A DNA stretch of 64,000 nucleotides, from IMG/VR virus record IMGVR_UViG_3300030002_000008. One strand, given 5' to 3'. Position 1 is the stretch's first letter. Each line of letters begins with the position of its first letter. This DNA comes from a virus. The notes below the pieces were generated by a model. The model was not told the origin of the DNA. It searched no databases and worked only from the letters and a program-made list of their open reading frames with translations. Below are positions 19,380 through 26,537 of this stretch, piece by piece. A program made the translations under genes and the position numbers.

Positions 19380-19431
19380 ACACAATTTAATTCAAATATT
19401 ATATACAATTTCATCTATAAATTATATAATT

Positions 19432-20040
19432 ATGAAAAAGCTAATTTACATCCTATTTACGCTATTATTTATTATTAGTTGTTCAAGTCTTAAGAAAACT
19501 AATCAAACGTCCTTAAAAACGTCCGTGGATAGCAAAGCGAGTCTTTCAAAGGATATAAAACAATCTACTGATTCATCTTTGACCGATAAATCGAAAACAA
19601 ACAAAGAAAAGGAGATTGTAAAAACATTTGATCAGGTAAGTTCACAATCTGGAAATATAACAGGCACGCTGAAAACCTACGATCCAACATTACCCATTGA
19701 TCCAAGTACGGGCAAACATCCGTTAGTTTCTGAGTTAGATTTTACAAATAAAACGGTTTCGGATAATAAAGTAAATAATACAGAGAAAATAAATGTCAAT
19801 TCCGGTATTGTAAACGATATTAAAGTAGCTGTAAAAAAGGGGTTAGATGTAAAAGTAGACAGTTCAGCAGAGGTTAAAGCAATAGTAGATCAAAAGGTCT
19901 TAACTACAAAATCACGAACTTCGAGTTGGTGGTGGATTGCGATAATAGTAGCCGGGGGAGTTGGTGCTGGAACGTTTTTATTGAAGAAATTCCCTTTAGT
20001 AGTTATTTGGGATAAAATAAAGGGGTTATTTAAAAAGTAA
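19432..20040 (+). CDS. lipoprotein with C-terminal TM anchor (u-spanin-like), paralog of 11468-12055
   Basis: Internal ATG at 19432 gives MKKLIYILFTLLFIISCSS (lipobox-like). Ser/Thr/Lys-rich body. C-terminal WWWIAIIVAGGVGAGTFLL TM. Confidence 0.35.
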   Translation: MKKLIYILFTLLFIISCSSLKKTNQTSLKTSVDSKASLSKDIKQSTDSSLTDKSKTNKEKEIVKTFDQVSSQSGNITGTLKTYDPTLPIDPSTGKHPLVSELDFTNKTVSDNKVNNTEKINVNSGIVNDIKVAVKKGLDVKVDSSAEVKAIVDQKVLTTKSRTSSWWWIAIIVAGGVGAGTFLLKKFPLVVIWDKIKGLFKK

Positions 20041-20243
20041 CACCATGAAAGCACTTAATCTTATAGCTGAATTAGAGGAATTAATCAACTCATTTGGCCC
20101 TCAATGGAATTTATTCGGGGTTTTAGATAAAATTAAATCGCTGCTAAAGGATTTAAGGGCAGAAATTGAAAGTATTTGATATATATTAAGGTGGTTAGTT
20201 GAATTCATAATGTGATTTTTTCATAGTATTAGGTTTAATTGTA

Positions 20244-20278
20244 AGAAAAGCCCCGTTGTGAAACGAGGCTTTTCTGTA
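20244..20278. terminator. bidirectional intrinsic terminator between convergent late (+) and early/accessory (-) blocks
   Basis: AAAAGCCCCGTT-gtgaa-AACGAGGCTTTTC hairpin with an A-run before and a T-run after. Confidence 0.6.
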
Positions 20279-20279
20279 T

Positions 20280-20585
20280 TTATAAATTCAATAACGCTAA
20301 CAATCTCTCTAAATACTTATCCGGTATTGGTCTATGACCATTTAGATACTTTGTTAAACTATTATTATCATATCCTAAAAAAATGGCTACTTCGCGAATA
20401 GATAACTTTTCTTTATAAATTGCCTCTTTGATTTCTTTACGTAGGTCCCTGGCAACAAAGTATTTTTCAAGTTTTGTATCATAAATAATCCTGTATCCTT
20501 CCTTATCTAATTCAGCCGAAACGCTGATAAAAGTATCCGGTGAATCAATTTCTTGTAATTTATTTATTAAATCTATTGTTTTCAT
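20280..20585 (-). CDS. HTH (XRE-like) regulator
   Basis: 101 aa. C-terminal HTH LSIREVAIFLGYDNNSLTKYLNG. Downstream of the acidic-protein gene. Confidence 0.4.
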   Translation of the reverse strand: MKTIDLINKLQEIDSPDTFISVSAELDKEGYRIIYDTKLEKYFVARDLRKEIKEAIYKEKLSIREVAIFLGYDNNSLTKYLNGHRPIPDKYLERLLALLNL

Positions 20586-20691
20586 AAAATAATTATTTAT
20601 ATTTGTCGCTCTAATTGAACCGTTTGGAATTGAAATAAATTTAATTGTTAGACGCTTTTTAATTATTTCGTCTGAATCTTCAAAATTGTAA

Positions 20692-20722
20692 GGGAACCGG
20701 TGTAAATCGGTTCCCTTTTTTT
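20692..20722 (+). terminator. perfect hairpin plus T7
   Basis: GGGAACCGG-tgtaaat-CGGTTCCC then TTTTTTT. The T-run is on the plus strand, although the flanking genes are on the minus strand. Confidence 0.4.
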
Positions 20723-20725
20723 GGC

Positions 20726-21580
20726 TTAATTTTCTTCATCACGTTCACTTACGGTTGCAATTTCCCAACTTGTTGCCCAAGCTGATTTTACAAATCCGTA
20801 TTTTTCGCCTTTATAATATATGAAACCGTTTGATTCGCTTTCAGAACTGCAATTTTCATAATCTTCAAGTATTTCATCTTCTAATTCTGAATCAATTCTT
20901 TCCAAATCGGTTGGGTAATCAGTATCTAATGTAACGGTCTGATGATTGTTCCCATTCCAATAATTGTAGGTCTCTGAAATTTCTGTATGAGTTTCGTTTT
21001 CTTCTTTCCAGTTTTCAAAGAATTCAACCATTTTCCCAAATTCAGGGAATATACCGGAATCTTCATTATCTGACAACAATTCCACTAAATCACGACTTGT
21101 TAAATCATTGTCATCCATCAAAGATCCAATTCCAAAATTACCGGATAAAGCGATATAAAAATCTAAGTGAATATCGCATGATGAATTTTCAAAAGCATAG
21201 CAACCTGCATTATAGCAACCTACTTGTTGACCGTTATTATCATAAGTTTCGCATAATTTTTTTGTTTCAAACCATCCTTCTCTTACTAATAGTAATTCGT
21301 CTGACATTGTATTACGAATTATCATTAAATCATCACTTTTAAGTTTATAATTGAAATTTGAATTTACAAAGTCTCTAATTTCTTGAATGTAACGTTTTCT
21401 TGCATCTTTATTTTCTTCAAAATCGGTTATTTCTTCGTCAGATAAGAACCATAACCATCCCTGGTCCTGTGCTTCTGTGTCAGCTAAAATATACTCAGCA
21501 GCATTACCACCATTTTCAATAATTGACTTTTTGTTATCAGATACGTAAGAATTCAATAATGTTTCGATTGAAGTTTTCAT
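20726..21580 (-). CDS. highly acidic protein (candidate DNA-mimic / anti-restriction-like)
   Basis: 284 aa, very rich in D/E (…DSELEDEILEDYENCSSESESNG…). Has its own promoter-like and terminator-like elements. Confidence 0.3.
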   Translation of the reverse strand: MKTSIETLLNSYVSDNKKSIIENGGNAAEYILADTEAQDQGWLWFLSDEEITDFEENKDARKRYIQEIRDFVNSNFNYKLKSDDLMIIRNTMSDELLLVREGWFETKKLCETYDNNGQQVGCYNAGCYAFENSSCDIHLDFYIALSGNFGIGSLMDDNDLTSRDLVELLSDNEDSGIFPEFGKMVEFFENWKEENETHTEISETYNYWNGNNHQTVTLDTDYPTDLERIDSELEDEILEDYENCSSESESNGFIYYKGEKYGFVKSAWATSWEIATVSERDEEN

Positions 21581-21705
21581 AATGTTTATTTTTTAATTGT
21601 TAGACGTTTAATTTCTTTTTGATGATACAAAGATAGTCATATTTGACTATATAAACCAAATTATTTGTGTTAAATCTTAGTTAAATCTTTCAATAAGCTA
21701 TATAA

Positions 21706-21736
21706 AACAAAAAAAACCGCCATTTCTGACGGTTTC
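21706..21736 (-). terminator. intrinsic terminator after VRR-NUC gene
   Basis: Minus strand reads GGTGAAACCGTCAGAAATGGCGGTTTTTTTT. Confidence 0.5.
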
Positions 21737-21738
21737 AC

Positions 21739-22221
21739 CTATTTTAAATACTCTTTCATCTCGTCAATCGCATTTCCAACGCTCCGAACAATTACATACT
21801 TACTACCACAACTCTCTGCCTGTTGTTGAAATAATAGTTGTTCATCCGATTGATTGCCTTGTTGAGTTTTAAACTCCATTAGAAGGCTTGCAAATCCTTT
21901 TTTAGGTATAAGAAGGATTACGTCGGGAACTCCTGGCTTCAATCCTTGCCTTTTAAGATTCTTAGCTTCAATCGGATTCCTGGATCCACCATTCGGAACG
22001 GAAAAAAGTAACTTATCTGGTAATTTCGGGAAGAACGTCGGAACAACTTTAAAAAACTCTGATTGGATATCCGCTTCTTCATGACCTATTTTTCTTTTTC
22101 CTTTCTTTGGTTCTGCAGCATCCTTTTTATTTGTATAACAAAGATAACAAACAAATCCTTCAGGAGTTTCAATGACCGATACTTTCGGTTTATGGCAATG
22201 TATGCAAATTTCTTCTTTCAT
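21739..22221 (-). CDS. VRR-NUC domain nuclease with N-terminal Cys4 zinc finger
   Basis: 160 aa. CIHCH...CYLC zinc finger. EADIQSEFFK...VPNGGSRNPIEAKNLKRQGLKPGVPDVILL...EFKTQQGNQSDEQ matches the VRR-NUC pattern (E-x2-Q, GxPD, E-x-K, Q). Confidence 0.65.
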   Translation of the reverse strand: MKEEICIHCHKPKVSVIETPEGFVCYLCYTNKKDAAEPKKGKRKIGHEEADIQSEFFKVVPTFFPKLPDKLLFSVPNGGSRNPIEAKNLKRQGLKPGVPDVILLIPKKGFASLLMEFKTQQGNQSDEQLLFQQQAESCGSKYVIVRSVGNAIDEMKEYLK

Positions 22222-22223
22222 AG

Positions 22224-22535
22224 TTATAAATTAAATGTATCTTCAGCAGTTGGTCTACATGGATTAAATTGGACAGTGTAACCAAGTGCTTTCATTTTTA
22301 GAATATCAGTTTCGATTACTCCGACAAATGCAGGGAATTTATTATGTCCACAACAGCACCCCGTTGTTATAATACCCATCTTCCATAACTCCTGAATTTC
22401 TTCCAATATGCAGGAGTCGATACAAATTGTATGAGATGAGGTTCCTTCGCATCGACCTATCATATGTTTAGGTCGATTGACTTCGATTTGATTGGCATAA
22501 CTGCCTGATTCAACGTTTTTACAATTGCACATCAT
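22224..22535 (-). CDS. Cys-rich hypothetical protein
   Basis: 103 aa with 11 Cys, including CNC, GCCCGH. Confidence 0.3.
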   Translation of the reverse strand: MMCNCKNVESGSYANQIEVNRPKHMIGRCEGTSSHTICIDSCILEEIQELWKMGIITTGCCCGHNKFPAFVGVIETDILKMKALGYTVQFNPCRPTAEDTFNL

Positions 22536-22536
22536 A

Positions 22537-23085
22537 TTATTTACTTGTTTGCTTATTCATATTCATGCCCTCACTCATCCAACTCTGATCCTGGATAAGT
22601 CTAAAAGTCTTTACCTCCGCCCATGAAGTTATTCTCACCGTCAAATCGCCAAGACCGTAATTTTTTTCAATCAACTTATCCAAAATATTTTGCTCCATTT
22701 TGATTGTATCTACGACATCTGAATTAGTTATTCGAATATACCCGGATATTTCACTCATTACAATTCCGGCCAATGTTAGTTCCGGATGCGAAATTGTATT
22801 ATAAAGAGTAAATATATCTACGATTGAATACGTCATTACCGATTTGACTGTTATTGTTTTATTATCCAACGTAGAAATGGTCTGAATGGGTAAATCTACA
22901 GTTCTTAATCTTATTTGCTGAACATATATTTGATCAATAAACGGAATTTTAAAGTAGAACCCCTCTTTCAAAACCTTACAGTTTTTACCAAATCGAATAA
23001 ATACAGCTTGCTCCCATGGAGTGACGGTAAACCACCAAGAAAATATTTCTTTTATAAACGAAATCAATTGTCCAAATACTTCCAT
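22537..23085 (-). CDS. SPFH/band-7 domain protein
   Basis: 182 aa. WEQAVFIRFGKNCKVLKEGFYFKIPFIDQIYVQQIRLRTVDLPIQTISTLDNKTITVKSVMTYSIVD fits the SPFH consensus (E-x-AVV-x-RFGK, L-x-PG-x-HF-x-IPF, T-x-D). Confidence 0.5.
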   Translation of the reverse strand: MEVFGQLISFIKEIFSWWFTVTPWEQAVFIRFGKNCKVLKEGFYFKIPFIDQIYVQQIRLRTVDLPIQTISTLDNKTITVKSVMTYSIVDIFTLYNTISHPELTLAGIVMSEISGYIRITNSDVVDTIKMEQNILDKLIEKNYGLGDLTVRITSWAEVKTFRLIQDQSWMSEGMNMNKQTSK

Positions 23086-23106
23086 AATTTATTTGTTTAT
23101 AGTTAT

Positions 23107-23343
23107 TTACTCTTCGTCATTTAATGATTTAAACTTACCAAATACAGTCTCACAAACTTTTTTCATTCCGGAAATTAATCCGGATCCACCTTCTTTACAT
23201 CTTGAAAGAAATATCCATTTATTTCCATCATCATAAACCAACATAGCTGCTTTAGTTTGCAATCTATCGACAGCTGCTTTAAGTATTTCTTCATCTGTTA
23301 GTTGAGATACAGGTAAATCTCTTATTTCACGAATGTTTCTCAT
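23107..23343 (-). CDS. hypothetical protein
   Basis: 78 aa. ATGA-coupled to neighbours. Confidence 0.25.
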   Translation of the reverse strand: MRNIREIRDLPVSQLTDEEILKAAVDRLQTKAAMLVYDDGNKWIFLSRCKEGGSGLISGMKKVCETVFGKFKSLNDEE

Positions 23344-23870
23344 AATGCTCTCCTTAGTGAGTGATAACGATAATATGTGCTTTCAAGTAGCTTTAAAATT
23401 ATTCTATCAGTAGCTTTTTCCTTTGAAAGTTTAGGAGCGACCTTGACAACTTTAAAATATGGATTTACATAAGAAGTATCGATATAAATTAATCCGGCGA
23501 ACTCCGGAACTTCATCGACTGAAATAAGATCTTTCGGAACTATATAATAAAAGTAATTCACGCGGGATCCGGATTGAAGGATATCATATTTTACATGTTT
23601 GCAAGGCTGCCATACACCATCTATTTCTTTGTTTCCAGATCGTTGTTTCTTTGCATCGGCTTTAAAATCCGCCCGGGTAATTTTCACCTCATATTCGTAC
23701 AAATATCCGGACTTAGTCAGTTCAACGATATCACACTCCCAACTACCAATGTATGTATTCGGGAAAACCTTCGTTTGAGGCTTATTCCGTAGCACGTCAT
23801 TGATATACGATTGTATGATATCGTTAGCTGAAAGCTTTTGATCTACAAATAGATTAGGTTGATTGTTCAT
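23340..23870 (-). CDS. putative PD-(D/E)xK-fold nuclease
   Basis: 176 aa. ...GSWECDIVELTKSGYLYEYEVKITRADFK gives a D-x13-E-x-K motif. Confidence 0.3.
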   Translation of the reverse strand: MNNQPNLFVDQKLSANDIIQSYINDVLRNKPQTKVFPNTYIGSWECDIVELTKSGYLYEYEVKITRADFKADAKKQRSGNKEIDGVWQPCKHVKYDILQSGSRVNYFYYIVPKDLISVDEVPEFAGLIYIDTSYVNPYFKVVKVAPKLSKEKATDRIILKLLESTYYRYHSLRRAL

Positions 23871-24384
23871 TGTTATTCACATAATTAATTATGGATTCAT
23901 GAGAAAAAGTATTCAAATATGCTTCTTCGCTTAATTCATAATCCCAAAAACTTAGTTTTCCTTTTACGTTTTCAATTGGATTATCGAAAAGGATAGGATT
24001 TGCAAGTACCCAATTATAAACAGGGACTTCAACCATGAATATTTCGCCAGCAATCTTTTTTTTCTTAATGGCTGTATGTTGAGCCCAAATAGATTCATGA
24101 TTGGGTACGCAATCAACTATTTCAACCGAACCGATAATTCGAGAAGTTTGTTTATATGAATCAAATACATGGATCATAGTATCTACATCCTCCCCTTCAA
24201 AGATTAATTCGGCTTGATCTCCTGTAAATATTTTATATGGTTCTTTATCTGGTATTCCGCTCGAATGAATAAGTATACGTTGTCCTATATACTTTTCAGG
24301 GCATTTCCAAGTACGGTTTTCAATAGGTTTGATATTAGCACAGATTAACCATGCCCAGGGATTTTTTACTGATAGTACTTTCAT
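23854..24384 (-). CDS. ASCH (PUA-like) domain protein
   Basis: 176 aa. N-terminus MKVLSVKNPWAWLICANIKPIENRTW...GQRILIHSS resembles ASCH (L-S-I-K-x-P-W-A-x-L-I-x-x-G-x-K-x-x-E-x-R...R-I-x-I-H-A). Confidence 0.4.
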   Translation of the reverse strand: MKVLSVKNPWAWLICANIKPIENRTWKCPEKYIGQRILIHSSGIPDKEPYKIFTGDQAELIFEGEDVDTMIHVFDSYKQTSRIIGSVEIVDCVPNHESIWAQHTAIKKKKIAGEIFMVEVPVYNWVLANPILFDNPIENVKGKLSFWDYELSEEAYLNTFSHESIINYVNNNEQST

Positions 24385-24388
24385 AGTC

Positions 24389-24523
24389 TTAATTATAACG
24401 CCCGTTAGAGTTAACGTGGTGGGTCTTCACGTGTTGTCTGTGTTGAGGTTTACCGTATAAACCATGATCAACACACCCGGAAAGGAATAAGGATATTACA
24501 GCCAAAAGAATTAGTTTTTTCAT
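24389..24523 (-). CDS. small lipoprotein (44 aa, below the track size cutoff)
   Basis: MKKLILLAVISLFLSGCVDHG..., with a canonical LSGC lipobox. Confidence 0.3.
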   Translation of the reverse strand: MKKLILLAVISLFLSGCVDHGLYGKPQHRQHVKTHHVNSNGRYN

Positions 24524-24666
24524 ATTTTATTTATTAAATCGTAAATAAATGCGAGAAGTAGTAGTACAATTACGAATAAACCAAGAAAAATGGCTTTTAA
24601 ATTACCCAAAGAATTCTGTTTCCTTAGTTCTTCGTTTTCAAATCGATATTGATCAGGTGTTTTCAT
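24520..24666 (-). CDS. small membrane protein (48 aa, below the track size cutoff)
   Basis: MKTPDQYRFENEELRKQNSLGNLKAIFLGLFVIVLLLLAFIYDLINKI. ATGA overlap with the downstream lipoprotein ORF. Confidence 0.25.
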   Translation of the reverse strand: MKTPDQYRFENEELRKQNSLGNLKAIFLGLFVIVLLLLAFIYDLINKI

Positions 24667-24904
24667 TTTGTATTATTTTGTAACCCATTTCTTTTAAAAA
24701 TTGATCAACAGGTACCGGGTTAAATCGCAATAACCCTTTTGGATTAGATTTTAAATTTTCCGGATACGCGCTTACTTTATGTTCTTCAGCCCACTTTATG
24801 AATTGAGCAGTTTTTGAAAACTCAATTTTAAGAGCGAAAAACTCCCAATTAAATAAATCCTTCGATTGTCCGGTCGGATTAATTAGAGTGATTGATTTAG
24901 CCAT
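24653..24904 (-). CDS. hypothetical protein
   Basis: 83 aa. Last gene of the radical-SAM operon. Confidence 0.3.
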   Translation of the reverse strand: MAKSITLINPTGQSKDLFNWEFFALKIEFSKTAQFIKWAEEHKVSAYPENLKSNPKGLLRFNPVPVDQFLKEMGYKIIQNENT

Positions 24905-25886
24905 TTTTTAAAGATTCTTCATATTCAGTTCTCATAACCGGTTCGAGCACTTTCCAACATTCCGGACAAAACCAATTACCAGCTGAGTCGCTTTCCATAT
25001 CTTCAATATCAAATTCTTTGTTGCATGAAGTACATTCTTCAAGGCATTCATCCCCGCCAGTGAATATGTTGTACTTTCGAGTTACATTACATCTGGCATC
25101 GGGAAATATCCCAAAATGCTTTTGAATTGATTCTTTCCAATATACTTTTGCAGGAAAGTGAGCGAGCGTATTCACTACTTGTAAATTGAAAGATCTAAGT
25201 TTATTATAGAAGTGTTTATCTACTTTTTGACCTGACATAAGGCCTATTTTGTATAAATCACAATATCCCAACGATAGACGAATCATTTCGTAGCTTCTTT
25301 CAAAATCAATGATAGGTTCAATACTTGCAAAGGTCTTGAAACCCGCTTCATGTAACAGTTTCATGCCTTCAATCCGTTCCTGATTAGTTGATGCTCCCCT
25401 TTCAAGTTCATCATACCCTGTAAGAGTAAACCCAAATGCAATAAGTTTTCTCCATTCCCGATCGGCATTATCAGAATTGGAATGATTAAAATAATTCAAA
25501 GTACTTTCGACCCAACCGGCTAGTTTTGTAAGTACTTTAACTGGAATTTCGTGTGCATTACAAAACATAATTGCCTTCCAGGTTAAATCCCAAAATTCAG
25601 TCAACATCGGATCTGTTGTAAAAGAAAAGAAAAGACCGTGTTTTTGAAGTTCTGTTTTATTGATTAATACCTCTTTTTTAAATATTTCAAAAGCGGTTAT
25701 TTCATTAACCAAACATTTTTTAAGTTGAGGTCTATCCATTCCCATAACACCTTTAAGAATACCTTTTTTGCAATAACAGTATTCACATCCATTTGAGCAA
25801 CCTACTACTAAATTACAACCCCAATAACTATATTCCCTCGCTGCTCCGCTTGGATTATATATCGCCTTACCATTGAATTTTTTCAT
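24897..25886 (-). CDS. radical SAM domain protein (CX3CX2C, SplB/COG1533-like motif) with C-terminal zinc ribbon
   Basis: 329 aa. YWGCNLVVGCSNGCEYCYC contains C-x3-C-x2-C followed by YCY, as in spore-photoproduct-lyase-like radical SAM enzymes. C-terminal CTSCNKEF...WFCPECW zinc ribbon. Confidence 0.5.
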   Translation of the reverse strand: MKKFNGKAIYNPSGAAREYSYWGCNLVVGCSNGCEYCYCKKGILKGVMGMDRPQLKKCLVNEITAFEIFKKEVLINKTELQKHGLFFSFTTDPMLTEFWDLTWKAIMFCNAHEIPVKVLTKLAGWVESTLNYFNHSNSDNADREWRKLIAFGFTLTGYDELERGASTNQERIEGMKLLHEAGFKTFASIEPIIDFERSYEMIRLSLGYCDLYKIGLMSGQKVDKHFYNKLRSFNLQVVNTLAHFPAKVYWKESIQKHFGIFPDARCNVTRKYNIFTGGDECLEECTSCNKEFDIEDMESDSAGNWFCPECWKVLEPVMRTEYEESLKNG

Positions 25887-26104
25887 ACTATTTTTCCTTT
25901 TGATTTTTGAAAATAAACACTTTCCAGGTCTTCTCTTTCAGTTGCGAAACAAAGCGGGTCTTTTACTCCTTGAGGGCAGTTTTCACCCTTCTCTTTGAAA
26001 TAGCACACTCCGCAATGAAATCTATCATACGTTCGTCTACAAGTTAGTTTGATTCCTTGTAAAACTGTGAGTTTATCGATCTGCAAATTCCTTAAATTTT
26101 TCAC
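25883..26104 (-). CDS. Cys-rich miniprotein A (paralog of 26101-26319)
   Basis: 73 aa. TCRRTYDRFHCGVCYF...CPQGV...CFATEREDLESVYF. 4-nt overlap with the radical-SAM gene. Confidence 0.4.
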   Translation of the reverse strand: MKNLRNLQIDKLTVLQGIKLTCRRTYDRFHCGVCYFKEKGENCPQGVKDPLCFATEREDLESVYFQKSKGKIV

Positions 26105-26319
26105 GCTTCCTGATGTATTAGTTCAAAATAAATCCTTTTACCGTCTTTTCTTTCAGTTGGCATACAATTTACTTTATCACAGGTTTCGCCCATTCCAGTG
26201 TGATCAAAACAACACTTGCGGCACACTGGCAAGTGATTATTTCCTACATGTTCCTTACATACGACATTTTCGCCTCCAATTTGACCCTGTTGATCAATTA
26301 TAAATTCTTGCTTTCCCAT
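26101..26319 (-). CDS. Cys-rich miniprotein B (paralog of 25883-26104)
   Basis: 72 aa. VCKEHVGNNHLPVCRKCCF...CDKVNCMPTERKDGKRIYF. Shares the C...C...F...C...C..TER.D...YF framework with miniprotein A. Confidence 0.4.
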   Translation of the reverse strand: MGKQEFIIDQQGQIGGENVVCKEHVGNNHLPVCRKCCFDHTGMGETCDKVNCMPTERKDGKRIYFELIHQEA

Positions 26320-26339
26320 TTTAGATTAAGATTAGTGAT

Positions 26340-26525
26340 TTAAACTGTAGTTGCTTCAATGGGTTCCGGTACTTTTTCTTCAAATACAAATAAAATACTG
26401 GTGCAAACATGCTTTGCGTGTAGTTCTGCTCTGTAAATCTCGATATCCTGAGTCTCAATTCTTTCTTTAAGGACTAATTTGTCCCCGTTTACCATTTTTA
26501 AAGTAGCTTTTGTAATTACGTACAT
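26340..26525 (-). CDS. hypothetical protein
   Basis: 61 aa. Lies between SNF2 #1 and the Cys-rich genes. Confidence 0.25.
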   Translation of the reverse strand: MYVITKATLKMVNGDKLVLKERIETQDIEIYRAELHAKHVCTSILFVFEEKVPEPIEATTV

Positions 26526-26537
26526 AATTTTATTATT

